Of a DNA stretch of 64,000 nucleotides, positions 18,861-29,208 are shown one piece after another. Source of the stretch: an uncultured Candidatus Saccharibacteria bacterium (lineage in GTDB: Bacteria > Patescibacteriota > Saccharimonadia > CAILAD01 > BJGX01). A program made the translations under genes and the position numbers. How positions within the stretch are numbered: the stretch's first letter is position 1; each line of letters opens with the position of its first letter. Below the pieces are notes generated by a model. That model was not told where the DNA came from and made no database searches. It was given only the letters and a program-made list of their open reading frames with translations. The stretch covers positions 77,531 to 141,530 of the forward strand of contig CAZSVP010000003.1 of assembly GCA_964610335.1 (NCBI GenBank), in the 5' to 3' direction.

Positions 18861-19415
18861 ATGGATAACACACAATTACTCAAATCAGCCCGCGACAAGT
18901 TTGATGGGGCTTTGGAATTTTTTGAAGGTGAATTGGTTGGCGTGCGCTCTGGGCGTGCACATCCTGGGCTAGTAGAGAATATCAAAGTTAATGTGTATGG
19001 ACAGACTATGCCACTCAAGGGTGTTGCTACTATTTCTGCCCCCGATCCCAAGACTATTCAAATCCAACCTTGGGATCATGGACAACTTGCACCTATCGAG
19101 AAGGCTCTACGCGAAGATCAAAACCTTGGGCTAAATCCCAGCAATGATGGACATGTAATTCGTATTGCCATACCATCGTTGTCCGAAGAGTCACGCTTGC
19201 AACTCAAGAAGTTGATTGGTCAAAAAGCTGAAGCCTGCAACATTAGTCTGCGCAATATCCGTCATGAGGTGCTTGCACAGGCCAAGAAATCTGATGGTTC
19301 TACTCCGGATCAGTTGAAAGGCCTGGAAAAAGAACTAAATAAGTTGATTGACGAATACCAGGCTAAGATTACTACACAGGTTCAGACTAAAGAATCCGAA
19401 CTAATGACAGTCTAA
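18861..19415 (+). CDS. frr: Ribosome recycling factor
   Basis: 184 aa, 'VRSGRAHPGLVENIKV' motif; tsf-frr-uppS synteny. Confidence 0.85.
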   Translation: MDNTQLLKSARDKFDGALEFFEGELVGVRSGRAHPGLVENIKVNVYGQTMPLKGVATISAPDPKTIQIQPWDHGQLAPIEKALREDQNLGLNPSNDGHVIRIAIPSLSEESRLQLKKLIGQKAEACNISLRNIRHEVLAQAKKSDGSTPDQLKGLEKELNKLIDEYQAKITTQVQTKESELMTV

Positions 19416-19424
19416 GTGAGGCTC

Positions 19425-20126
19425 ATGACGCAAACTGCCCAACTCCCCCAACATATCGGCTTCATCCTAGACGGTAATCGACGTTGGGCGGCTGAGCATG
19501 GTATGCCTAAATTGCAAGGGCATCGCAAAGGCTACGACAACCTCAAGAAGATCTCGGAACTATGTTTTGACCGTGGTATCGAGGTAGTATCGGCCTATAT
19601 ATTCTCAACTGAGAATTGGAAGCGAGAGTCGGAAGAGGTGGACTACTTGATGGATTTAGCCTTGAAGATTTTTACTCGTGACCTCAAGGAATTGTCTGAC
19701 AAGGGTATCAAAATAGTTTTCTCTGGTTTACGTGATCGGCTGAGCCCCAAACTTATTGAGGCGATTGATAACACCACCGAAAAGACCAAAGACAACACCA
19801 AGGGCACAATCAATCTTTGTTTCAACTATGGTGGTCAGCAAGAAGTTGCTGAAGCAGTAAAACGAATAATCAACTCCGGGCTAGATGCCGAGGCAATCTC
19901 GCCTGATGTAGTTCGCGATCACTTGTTTCATCCTGAGCTTCCGCCGGTTGACTATATAGTGCGTACATCTGGCGAGCAGCGACTTAGCAACTTCTTGCTT
20001 TGGGACAGTGCTTATGCGGAGTTTAGATTTGTGGATCAGCATTGGCCGGCATTTGATGAACAGTTACTAGATGATGTGTTAACTGACTTTCAAAGTCGTC
20101 AACGACGCTTTGGGGGCACTAAGTGA
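19425..20126 (+). CDS. uppS: Undecaprenyl diphosphate synthase (cis-prenyltransferase)
   Basis: 'IGFILDGNRRWA', 'YIFSTENWKR' and 'DYIVRTSGEQRLSNFLLWDSAYAE' motifs; start at ATG (an in-frame GTG at 19416 is also possible). Confidence 0.85.
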   Translation: MTQTAQLPQHIGFILDGNRRWAAEHGMPKLQGHRKGYDNLKKISELCFDRGIEVVSAYIFSTENWKRESEEVDYLMDLALKIFTRDLKELSDKGIKIVFSGLRDRLSPKLIEAIDNTTEKTKDNTKGTINLCFNYGGQQEVAEAVKRIINSGLDAEAISPDVVRDHLFHPELPPVDYIVRTSGEQRLSNFLLWDSAYAEFRFVDQHWPAFDEQLLDDVLTDFQSRQRRFGGTK

Positions 20127-21202
20127 TCATTAGTATCATTGTTGTAGTATTAGTATTTTTTGGCTTGGTGATGGTGCATGAGCTTGGACACTTTTTGGTA
20201 GCTCGTCGCAATGGAGTACGTGTGCTAGAATTTGGCATCGGTTTTCCGCCACGCTTGTTTTCAAAGACCCGTAACAAGACTCGCTATAGCTTCAATCTCT
20301 TGCCGATTGGTGGCTTTGTAAGACTGAAGGGTGAAGATGGTGAGAACAAAGATTCTGATAGTTTTGCCGCCCAAAGCTATAAGACGAAGTCAAAGATTGT
20401 AATGGCAGGAGTAAGTGTCAATCTGGCAGTGGCTTACATCATATTTACCTTCTTACTGGTAGTAGGTATGCCACAGATTTTGCCATTCTCACCGCCAAGC
20501 TTTGGACCAGTACAACCAACTATTAATACTTCCACAGGAATGTTGGTCTACGGTGTCACCAAAAACAGTGCGGCTGCGGTTGCTGGAGTCAAAGAGAACG
20601 ACCAAATTATATCGGTCAATGGTGAGACTTTTTCAAGTCAAGCAGAGTTTTCACAATATTTGCGTGACCGAGCTGGGCAGAATGTACAGTTGGTTATCAA
20701 GCGAGGTAGCTCAGAACAAGGTTTGGTGGCAACACTTGGCAATGATACTAAATCTGGCGTACTAGGAGTTGTTGCGGAGCGTGAGACATACGTGAGTTAT
20801 CCGTGGTGGCAAGCACCAATCGCGGCAGTTGTGGTGGTGATTCGTTTGCTCTGGCTGACACTGGCAGGATTTGGGGCACTGGTAGTTGGATTGTTTACGC
20901 GCGGTCAGGTAAGTGACCAAGTGGCTGGACCAATTGGTATTACTTCCATCTTTGCTCAACTATTGCGTTTTGACTGGCGGTATAGCCTTAGTTTGATAGC
21001 GGCTCTATCGCTTTCACTAGCTCTAATCAATAGTTTACCGATCCCAGCACTCGATGGTGGACGCGAGTTTGTGATGACACTGCAACGTATAGGGGTGCGT
21101 ATCAAACCACGTCATGAACAACTTATACATTTGGCTGGCTTTGTACTACTATTTGCCCTAATTATCATCGTTACCATTGTTGATATAACGCGGTTGCGCT
21201 AA
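20123..21202 (+). CDS. rseP: Site-2 protease RseP (zinc metalloprotease with PDZ)
   Basis: HExxH 'VHELGHFLVA' in TM1 and a PDZ segment 'GVKENDQIISVNGE'; GTG start overlapping the uppS stop. Confidence 0.8.
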   Translation: MIISIIVVVLVFFGLVMVHELGHFLVARRNGVRVLEFGIGFPPRLFSKTRNKTRYSFNLLPIGGFVRLKGEDGENKDSDSFAAQSYKTKSKIVMAGVSVNLAVAYIIFTFLLVVGMPQILPFSPPSFGPVQPTINTSTGMLVYGVTKNSAAAVAGVKENDQIISVNGETFSSQAEFSQYLRDRAGQNVQLVIKRGSSEQGLVATLGNDTKSGVLGVVAERETYVSYPWWQAPIAAVVVVIRLLWLTLAGFGALVVGLFTRGQVSDQVAGPIGITSIFAQLLRFDWRYSLSLIAALSLSLALINSLPIPALDGGREFVMTLQRIGVRIKPRHEQLIHLAGFVLLFALIIIVTIVDITRLR

Positions 21203-21279
21203 CAATCAATGCAATAATAATCGTGGTTTTAGCCGCTTGAGCCTGGTCGTGGCCGCAAAGGCTTGCTACACTAGATCAT

Positions 21280-22332
21280 ATGATTAGTGGAATGCTCGGA
21301 AAATTCTCCCATGATATTGGGATAGACCTTGGTACTGCCAACACGCTGGTATATGTCAAAGGCCAGGGTATAGTTGTGAATGAGCCCTCGGTGGTGGCTA
21401 TTAATACCAAGAACAAGCAAATACTGGCAATTGGCGAAGAAGCCAAACGTATGGTAGGTAAGACTCCTGCCAACATTGTAGCAACACGTCCACTAGTAGA
21501 TGGGGTGGTGAGTGACTTTGAGATCACTGAGCACATGCTAAGTTACTTTATAGAAAAAGTTCATAAGCAAAGTTTTGTGTTGTTTCCAAGACCAAGAGTT
21601 GTAGTGGGTATTCCTTCAGGCGTAACAGAGGTGGAAAAACGTGCCGTCGAAGATGCCACAGTCAATGCTGGTGCTCGGCAAGCGTTCTTAATTGAAGAGC
21701 CTATGGCCGCCGCCATAGGTAGTGGTTTGGAAGTTCATGATGCCGCTGGAAGCATGATTGTTGATATTGGTGGTGGTACCAGCGAAGTTGCGGTGATAAG
21801 TCTTGGTGGCATTGTGGCTAGTCGATCACTGCGAATTGCCGGGGATGAGCTTACCAACGATATCGTTCAATATGCCAAAAACGAGTTGAACTTACAGGTA
21901 GGAGAGCGCACCGCCGAAAACATCAAAATCGCAATTGGCTCGGCTGCCAAGCTAGAAAAGCAGCTAGAGGCTCCGATTCGCGGACGTGACATGGTGACCG
22001 GCCTGCCAAAAGAGATGATCATTGATTCAGATCAAGTGCGCAAGGCTTTGGCACGCAGTGTCCGCCAAATTGTTGATAGCGTCAAGATTACCCTCGAAGA
22101 AACACCACCAGAACTAATAGCCGATATTATGGACAAAGGAGTTTATCTGGCTGGTGGTGGGGCCTTGCTAAGAGGTCTTGATGTTTTGATTAGCCAGCAA
22201 ACTAAGATGCCAGTGCACATCTCTAGCGACCCACTTACTGCGGTAGTGCGCGGGACGGGAGTGGTACTAGAGGATATTGACCGTCTCAAGGACATACTGG
22301 TGCCAACTCAATACGAAAAGGCACCGCGGTAG
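21280..22332 (+). CDS. mreB: Rod-shape protein MreB
   Basis: Actin-fold motifs 'IGIDLGTANTLVY' and 'DIGGGTSEVAVIS'. Confidence 0.9.
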   Translation: MISGMLGKFSHDIGIDLGTANTLVYVKGQGIVVNEPSVVAINTKNKQILAIGEEAKRMVGKTPANIVATRPLVDGVVSDFEITEHMLSYFIEKVHKQSFVLFPRPRVVVGIPSGVTEVEKRAVEDATVNAGARQAFLIEEPMAAAIGSGLEVHDAAGSMIVDIGGGTSEVAVISLGGIVASRSLRIAGDELTNDIVQYAKNELNLQVGERTAENIKIAIGSAAKLEKQLEAPIRGRDMVTGLPKEMIIDSDQVRKALARSVRQIVDSVKITLEETPPELIADIMDKGVYLAGGGALLRGLDVLISQQTKMPVHISSDPLTAVVRGTGVVLEDIDRLKDILVPTQYEKAPR

Positions 22333-22344
22333 GGGCAGTAACTG

Positions 22345-23142
22345 ATGCGACGTCAATTACTACCAAGCATACTTGTTACCAGCGCCATAGCTTTGCTGAT
22401 ACTGATAATTTTTAGGTTTGGAGCTTGGTGGCCCTTTCGAATAGTGCACGATCAAGTATTTAACCCTATTGGGCGTGGTTTGCATGGCCTTAGTATCCAG
22501 ATAGGCGATAGTGTGGAGTTGTTCAAAAGTGCAAATACGCTGTCGCGAACAAACGCTCAGCAGGCAATTGAAATTATTGATCTCAAAAAGCAACTGGCAT
22601 CTCTAAAAGAAGTTGCCAAGGAGAACGATCAATTGCGAGCTCAGCTACAGTTCACGGATACTAAACAGTATGATTTAGTAGCCGCGCGGGTAGTTGGCTC
22701 AGACCCTGATGCAGTGCGTCGCTATCTTAGTATTGATCGTGGTAGTAGCAGTGGTATCAAAAAAGGCATGGCAGTACTTAGCAATGGGATCTTTATAGGT
22801 ACAATCGACGAGGTCAATGATTTTAGTAGCCGCATATTCATGGTTAGTGACCCTGAGTTTAGGATTCGGGCACTTGGTCAAGATGGGCGATCACAAGGTA
22901 TTATACGAGGCCAGTTGGGCAGTGGGTTGCTGTATGAGAAGGTAGCACAATCCGAAGTACTCGGGGTAGGTGAATTTGTAATCACCGCAGGATCTGAGCT
23001 GGTACCCAAGGGGTTACTGATTGGCCAGATCCAACAAGTCAACCGCGCCGACAATGCAGTCTTCCAGAGTGCTCAAGTTCATGGATTGGTCGATCCGAGC
23101 CGAGCCGAATTGGTATTTGTAATCCGTGGTTTACAGCAATGA
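22345..23142 (+). CDS. mreC: MreC
   Basis: N-terminal TM, coiled coil, beta-rich C-domain; position after mreB. Confidence 0.75.
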   Translation: MRRQLLPSILVTSAIALLILIIFRFGAWWPFRIVHDQVFNPIGRGLHGLSIQIGDSVELFKSANTLSRTNAQQAIEIIDLKKQLASLKEVAKENDQLRAQLQFTDTKQYDLVAARVVGSDPDAVRRYLSIDRGSSSGIKKGMAVLSNGIFIGTIDEVNDFSSRIFMVSDPEFRIRALGQDGRSQGIIRGQLGSGLLYEKVAQSEVLGVGEFVITAGSELVPKGLLIGQIQQVNRADNAVFQSAQVHGLVDPSRAELVFVIRGLQQ

Positions 23143-23663
23143 TGCTTGCGCTAGGAGCATTGGTTGGCTTAGTAGTAGCGACGCTTCAAGTCAGTGTGGC
23201 AGCCACCTTTGGTAGTTTTTGGGCTGGTTTTTGGATAGTCGCTTTGGTTTCAATTAGTGAATTACTTGATTTTGATAGCCAATTGATTATGGCAGTGCTA
23301 CTTGGCTTGCTACTAGATTACTATGCGGGGGGAGATTTCGGCCTACATATGGTATTTGCTATCACAATAGTATTGGTTGGTCGACTTGTACGAGACAGTT
23401 TTGATAGTGTAAATCGACGCTTGGTTGATATATGTTTGTGTTTGGTCTTTGTATTAATTTATGGATTGGTCAGGGTTCTGCCTAGCCTCAATGTAGTTGA
23501 AACGCAGAGCTGGATAGAACTTACACGCATTATAGGCCTGCAGTTGGTTGGTGCACTTGTAAGTTATGGGATAGTGATCACAGTGATTATGGGAGTTACG
23601 GCTCTTACAGATAAAATGAAAAGTGGTGTCCTGTGGAAGCCACGTCGCCGTATTGTTAAATAG
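23139..23663 (+). CDS. mreD: MreD (polytopic membrane protein)
   Basis: ATGA overlap with mreC; hydrophobic, 174 aa. Confidence 0.65.
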   Translation: MMLALGALVGLVVATLQVSVAATFGSFWAGFWIVALVSISELLDFDSQLIMAVLLGLLLDYYAGGDFGLHMVFAITIVLVGRLVRDSFDSVNRRLVDICLCLVFVLIYGLVRVLPSLNVVETQSWIELTRIIGLQLVGALVSYGIVITVIMGVTALTDKMKSGVLWKPRRRIVK

Positions 23664-25631
23664 ATGGATCGATATTTTCGTAACAAATCAGTCAAACAGG
23701 TTCGCCATGGTAAGAAGGAGCAAACTATTCGTAGTAGCGAAGACTGGGCCCATGTACTGTTGTCAGGTAGCTCCGAGCAACCAGCTCAAGAACCAAAACT
23801 AAGCCGTAGTTTTATAGCTATGACTGCTGTCTTACTAGTGGTGGTGGGCGGAGCTCTGTTAATCCGTTTAGGCCAGATGCAAATATCTCATGCTGAAGCT
23901 TACCGTAGTCAAGCTACTTCCAATCGCGTACGAGTAGAAACTCTGGTGGCGCCCAGGGGCGCAATTTATGACCGCAATGGAGCGCTTCTAGTACGCAATA
24001 CAGCGAACTTCGATGTAGTGGCTGCGATTCACTTACTGCCTCGTGATCGAAGGGAGCTGGAGGCTCAAACGGCTGTTTTGGCGTCAGTACTACAGCGCGA
24101 CGCTACGCAACTTACCAACACCATTGTTGAAGCCCAAAAAAAACCTAATCCTCAGTTGTTAATTGCCGACAATATTGATCGTGAAACAGCGCTCAAAATT
24201 GAAGAGAAACAAAGCCAGCTGGCTGGTGTTACAGTTGAGGCTAACCCCAGTCGCGAGTATCTAGATGGTGGTAGCCTATCTCATTTTCTTGGGTATATTG
24301 GCCGTATTAATGCCGAAGAGTGGCGTGATCATCAAAATTATCGTCCGATTGATATGATTGGTAAGTCTGGAGTTGAGCGTGGTTACGAGTCGGAGTTGCG
24401 TGGGGTTGCAGGCAAGACCCAAGCCGAGGTAGATGCTATGTCTCGACCGGTAAGGTATTTGCCATCAATAGATCCCAGCCCTGGCAACAATGTGGTGTTA
24501 AGTATAGATTTTGAGTTGCAGCGCTACGCAAGTGATGCTTTAAACCGAGGCTTGGAGCGAGCTGGAGCCAAAGCTGGTACAGTGGTAGCACTCGACCCAC
24601 GCAATGGCCAAGTGTTGGCCGCAGTAAACTCACCAACTTACGATAACAATATGTTTGCTCGCGGCATTTCACAATCAGACTTTGACAACTTACAGAACAA
24701 TCCCGACAAACCACTTTTCAACCGGGTTGCTGGTGGTAGCTATCCAATTGGCTCGACCATCAAACCACTGGTCTCAATTGCGGCATTGCAGGAGCAGGTT
24801 ATAAACGCTAGTACTGTCATACAGGATCGTGGCAAGATCGAAGTTCCCAATCAATACAATCCATCAATTGTTTATACATTTAAGGGTTGGAAACCAGAGG
24901 GCCTAGGAGCGGTCAATGTTGTTCGGGCGATTGCCTGGAGTTCAGATATATTTTTCTACACGGTAGGCGGTGGATACCTGCAAGAGTTTAAAGGGCTGGG
25001 CGTAGCCCGTCTGACTGATTGGTATAAACGATTCGGTTTTGGCCAAAAAACTGGTTTAGATATTGCCGAAGAATCAAACGGCTTTATACCAACCCCTGAG
25101 TCCAAGAAGAAGTACTCCAAGGATCCTTGGTCAATTGGTGATACTTACAATATTTCAATAGGTCAAGGCGACCTACGCGCTACTCCACTGCAGCTTGCCA
25201 CTGCCACAGCAGCGATTGCCAATGGTGGCAACGTATACAAACCACAGATTCTATATCAAGTTAAGACGCCTAGCGGGGAACTTAAGAAACAGGCAACGGC
25301 TGAGATTGTGCGCAATCTTAATCTTAACCCTGCGAATGTAGCCTTGGTGCGCTCAGGCATGGAGCAGACAGTCGAAAGCGGTACGGCTTGTTGTCAAATA
25401 AAAGCTGAGGTACCAGTGCGGGTGGCCGGAAAAACCGGTACAGCGGAGACAAGTTCGGAGGGTTTTGATGGCAAGAACCCCCGCACTAAGCCACACGCCT
25501 GGTTTGTGAGTTATGCTCCTGCTGACAACCCTAGGATTGTACTTGTAGTAATGGTTGAGAATTCGGGTGAAGGCGCTGATTTCGCGGTGCCTGTTGCTAG
25601 AGAAATACTGGCGTGGTATTTCAAAAGATAG
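23664..25631 (+). CDS. mrdA: Penicillin-binding protein 2 (elongation transpeptidase)
   Basis: SxxK 'STIKP', SxN 'SSD' and 'KTGT' motifs; follows mreBCD. Confidence 0.85.
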   Translation: MDRYFRNKSVKQVRHGKKEQTIRSSEDWAHVLLSGSSEQPAQEPKLSRSFIAMTAVLLVVVGGALLIRLGQMQISHAEAYRSQATSNRVRVETLVAPRGAIYDRNGALLVRNTANFDVVAAIHLLPRDRRELEAQTAVLASVLQRDATQLTNTIVEAQKKPNPQLLIADNIDRETALKIEEKQSQLAGVTVEANPSREYLDGGSLSHFLGYIGRINAEEWRDHQNYRPIDMIGKSGVERGYESELRGVAGKTQAEVDAMSRPVRYLPSIDPSPGNNVVLSIDFELQRYASDALNRGLERAGAKAGTVVALDPRNGQVLAAVNSPTYDNNMFARGISQSDFDNLQNNPDKPLFNRVAGGSYPIGSTIKPLVSIAALQEQVINASTVIQDRGKIEVPNQYNPSIVYTFKGWKPEGLGAVNVVRAIAWSSDIFFYTVGGGYLQEFKGLGVARLTDWYKRFGFGQKTGLDIAEESNGFIPTPESKKKYSKDPWSIGDTYNISIGQGDLRATPLQLATATAAIANGGNVYKPQILYQVKTPSGELKKQATAEIVRNLNLNPANVALVRSGMEQTVESGTACCQIKAEVPVRVAGKTGTAETSSEGFDGKNPRTKPHAWFVSYAPADNPRIVLVVMVENSGEGADFAVPVAREILAWYFKR

Positions 25632-25659
25632 ATTTTTTAGACAACTTGTTTACTTATGC

Positions 25660-25688
25660 TTGACACCAAAGCCAATGTTTGCGAGAAT
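25660..25688 (+). promoter_or_regulatory. Candidate promoter TTGACA-N17-GAGAAT upstream of greA
   Basis: TTGACA at 25660-25665; the -10 box is weak. Confidence 0.3.
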
Positions 25689-25816
25689 GAAAAACAAACT
25701 ACACGTGACAGCGTAGATTCGATAGAGGTGGGTGAGTTTTAACGAAGAAAGAGGCGATCGCATAAGAGTGTACCCCCGTGGTAACACTTCTTTATGTTGT
25801 TGTTAAAGGAGAAATA

Positions 25817-26281
25817 ATGACACAACCAAAAGACTATTATCTAACCAAAGAGGGCATCGATGAGCTCAGTACTGAGCTTGAAGACCTAACTCGCAATAAG
25901 CGCAAGGAAGTTGCTGTAGCCCTCAAGGAAGCCAAAGAGTTTGGTGATCTTAGTGAGAACTCAGATTGGGACGATGCCAAATCTCGACAAGCTTTCATAG
26001 AAGGTCGGATCGCTGAGATTGAGAATATTCTCAAACATGCCAAGCTTATTGAAAAGCACGCTGATGGAGCTGTAGCTATCGGCTCGACTGTAATGGTAGA
26101 GCTAGAAGACGGTGAACAAACATTCAAGATTGTTGGTTCTACCGAAGCCAATCCAGAAGAGGGCAAGATATCCGATTCCAGCCCAATTGGCAAAGCCTTG
26201 CTAGGTAAAACTGCCGGTGAAGAAGTAAGTGTTGATGTACCAGCAGGTAGCATAGTCTACAAGATCAAAAAAGTTCAATAA
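25817..26281 (+). CDS. greA: Transcription elongation factor GreA
   Basis: Start refined to the ATG after the AGGAG RBS ('MTQPKDYYLTKEG'); coiled-coil N-domain plus FKBP-like C-domain. Confidence 0.85.
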   Translation: MTQPKDYYLTKEGIDELSTELEDLTRNKRKEVAVALKEAKEFGDLSENSDWDDAKSRQAFIEGRIAEIENILKHAKLIEKHADGAVAIGSTVMVELEDGEQTFKIVGSTEANPEEGKISDSSPIGKALLGKTAGEEVSVDVPAGSIVYKIKKVQ

Positions 26282-26308
26282 CTCTGTTTAAAGCGTATAA
26301 TAAGACGT

Positions 26309-27874
26309 ATGACTGAGAACTCCTCAGAAAATCTTCGTTACTGGCTAGACCAAGTTTGCGAAGCTGTAATTTTGGCTCACCCCACTGGCGAGTTGCTGGT
26401 TTCTAGTGGGATAAGTCCTTCGGGGCCATATCATCTAGGACATTCAAGGGAAGTTCTAACGGCCGATGCAATCTACCGTGGGCTGCGTGAAAGGGGTCGT
26501 GATATTTCACATATTCACTTTGTGGACTGTTTTGATGCTCTTCGCAAAAGGTACCCGTACTTGCCAGAGAGTTATGAGACCGAGGCTGGTAAACCACTCT
26601 TTATGATCCCAGCGCCAGATGGTAAGTCCAAAAGCTATGCTGACCAGTATTTTAACGAGTATCAAGCAGCCACCAAGCAATTAGGTATCGAGATGAAAGT
26701 TATATGGGCACCAGATGAGTACAAAAATGGTACTTTCACTGAACTAATTGCAGAAAGTATTGAGAAAAGAGATCAACTAGCAGAAATTCTAGCACGGGTT
26801 AGTGGCTATAAGGTGTCAGATGATTGGCAACCAATTCAGATTCTTGACGAGTCAAATGATAGTCTGCGCAGCGCAAAATACATAGGTTTCGATAAACAAA
26901 CCAATCTAGTCCACTATCTAGGGTCAGACGACAAAGAGCACTCTGCTGATATCAGCAAAGGTCAGGTAAAGCTTGATTGGCGGTTTGATTGGCCGGCAAG
27001 ATGGAAAATATGGGGGAATCAGGTCGAGGGTTTTGGCCGCGAGCATGCCACCAAAGGTGGCAGTTATGATACTGGCAAGGTAGTGGCTGAAGAAGTATAT
27101 GGTGTTAAGGCACCATTTCCGGTGCCCTACGAGACGATTAATCTCAAGGGCGACACTAAGAAAATGAGCTCAAGCCTAGGCAACCTTGTAAGCATCAAGG
27201 ATGTCTTAGAGATTATCCCGCCGGAAATAGTTCGCTACTTTACATTCAAGAGTAGACCAGAAAAACAGATATTTTTTGATCCAGGTCAAGGACTTTACAA
27301 CTTGGTAGATGAGTATGCCAAAACCGAGTCAGTAACTTTGGCGGGTGAAGAGCCAGAGTTCAAGCGGGCTTGGCAAATAGCTAGCTTGAGTGGGAAAGAA
27401 CATGTTGTTAGTACTGTAGCGTTTTCGCACTTGGTTATGTCTTATCAGACTGCCCAGGGCGATTCTAACAAGATTATGGAGATACTAGAGCGTACTGGCC
27501 ATGCTGAAGCTGTCAAAACCCAGTCGGAATCAATTGGTCGTGAGTTGGAATACGTCGGCCGATGGCTTGAGCGCTATGCTCCAGACAATGTAAAGTTTTC
27601 TTTGCAAACTGATCTTCCTGATTTTGAACCCACGCAAGAGCAGAAGTCATTTCTGACAAGCTTGGCTAGCTCACTTGAAGAGTCAGATTTTACAGCCGAA
27701 ACTATCCATACCACGATTTACAACTTGGCGACTGAGCGCATGATGAAGCCCGGCGATACATTTAAACTACTGTATCAGCTATTTCTCAACCAAACTGCTG
27801 GCCCTCGTCTCGGTTTCTTCCTGGCTAGCTTAGAAAAAGACTTTGTTTTGAAACGGTTACGGCGTGAAGCATAG
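26309..27874 (+). CDS. lysS: Class I lysyl-tRNA synthetase
   Basis: HIGH-type 'SGISPSGPYHLGHSRE' and KMSKS-type 'KMSSS'; roughly 520 aa, as in archaeal-type LysRS. Confidence 0.7.
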   Translation: MTENSSENLRYWLDQVCEAVILAHPTGELLVSSGISPSGPYHLGHSREVLTADAIYRGLRERGRDISHIHFVDCFDALRKRYPYLPESYETEAGKPLFMIPAPDGKSKSYADQYFNEYQAATKQLGIEMKVIWAPDEYKNGTFTELIAESIEKRDQLAEILARVSGYKVSDDWQPIQILDESNDSLRSAKYIGFDKQTNLVHYLGSDDKEHSADISKGQVKLDWRFDWPARWKIWGNQVEGFGREHATKGGSYDTGKVVAEEVYGVKAPFPVPYETINLKGDTKKMSSSLGNLVSIKDVLEIIPPEIVRYFTFKSRPEKQIFFDPGQGLYNLVDEYAKTESVTLAGEEPEFKRAWQIASLSGKEHVVSTVAFSHLVMSYQTAQGDSNKIMEILERTGHAEAVKTQSESIGRELEYVGRWLERYAPDNVKFSLQTDLPDFEPTQEQKSFLTSLASSLEESDFTAETIHTTIYNLATERMMKPGDTFKLLYQLFLNQTAGPRLGFFLASLEKDFVLKRLRREA

Positions 27875-27891
27875 CGAGGTATAATGTAGCT

Positions 27892-29199
27892 ATGCTTGAT
27901 ATCCAATTTATTCGCGACAATGTAGAGCTGGTACGGACTACCATTGCAAATAAAAAGACCGATGTTGATCTCGATAAACTTCTGCAAGTAGATGCTGAGC
28001 GTCGTAAGTTGCTTACTCAAACTGAAGAACTAGCCCAAGCTCGCAACGAACTCGCTAAGGCTCAGCAAGGAGGCAAGCCGAGCGTAGAGGCTATCAACCA
28101 AGGCAAGCAGCTTAAGACTCAGTTTGAACAGTTAAGTGACCAGCTTGATAAACTTGAAACCGAGTACTTTGGTTTACTTCACAAAGTACCCAATATCCCA
28201 TCTCAGGATACTCCGGTAGGCGCTAGTGAAGCTGATAATCAGGTCGTATCAAGCTGGGGCGACAAACCAAAGTTTGATTTTGCACCACTTGACCATGTGA
28301 AGCTGGGCGAAACTCTTGGACTAATTGACCTTAAACGCGCTGCCAAGGTATCGGGCGCTAGATTTGCTTATCTCATGGGGGGACTGGTTGAGTTGCAGTT
28401 TGCACTAATGCGCTGGACACAGGAGTTGCTGAGTAGTGAGAAGGTGTTGGCCGAAATTATCGAGGTCAATCAGCTCGAGGTGCTGCCAACACCATTCGTA
28501 CCCATGCTGCCCCCCGTGATGTTACGAACCGATAGCTATGAGGCGACTGCTCGGCTGAAGGCCGAAGAAGTTACCTACAAACTAGCCGATGACGAGATGT
28601 GGCTGATAGGTAGCGCTGAACATAGCATGGTCGCGATGTACCAAGGTGAGATATTGGATCTTTCCAGTGGGCCAGTACGATATTTGGGTTATTCTACAAG
28701 TTTTCGGCGTGAGGCCGGCAGCTATGGCAAGGACTTGCATGGCATATTGCGCATGCATCACTTCGACAAACTAGAGATGGAGAGCTTTTGTGCACCAGCA
28801 GACGGTATGGCTGAGCATAAGTTCATGATTGCCGTACAAGAGTGCTTGATGCAGCAACTAAAACTACATTATCAGGTGGTTCTTAAGTGTACTGCTGATA
28901 TGGGCGATCCCAATGCCCGTGGTGTTGATATTGAAACTTGGATTCCATCACAGGGTGCTTATCGCGAGACACACTCGGCAGATTATATGGCTGACTACCA
29001 AGCTCGTCGACTTAAGCTCCGGTTACGCGACAGTACTGGTAAAACAGAGTATGTACATACCTGTGATGCTACCGCTTTTGCGATGGGGCGAACACTAATA
29101 GCCATTATGGAACAGTATCAGCAGGCCGATGGTAGTATAATGATTCCAGAGGTGCTGCAGTCGTATATGGGCCAGAAAAAAGCCATAACTAATCAATAG
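27892..29199 (+). CDS. serS: Seryl-tRNA synthetase
   Basis: N-terminal coiled-coil arm 'MLDIQFIRDNVELV', class II core, 435 aa. Confidence 0.8.
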   Translation: MLDIQFIRDNVELVRTTIANKKTDVDLDKLLQVDAERRKLLTQTEELAQARNELAKAQQGGKPSVEAINQGKQLKTQFEQLSDQLDKLETEYFGLLHKVPNIPSQDTPVGASEADNQVVSSWGDKPKFDFAPLDHVKLGETLGLIDLKRAAKVSGARFAYLMGGLVELQFALMRWTQELLSSEKVLAEIIEVNQLEVLPTPFVPMLPPVMLRTDSYEATARLKAEEVTYKLADDEMWLIGSAEHSMVAMYQGEILDLSSGPVRYLGYSTSFRREAGSYGKDLHGILRMHHFDKLEMESFCAPADGMAEHKFMIAVQECLMQQLKLHYQVVLKCTADMGDPNARGVDIETWIPSQGAYRETHSADYMADYQARRLKLRLRDSTGKTEYVHTCDATAFAMGRTLIAIMEQYQQADGSIMIPEVLQSYMGQKKAITNQ

Positions 29200-29208
29200 G
29201 AGGACCAC

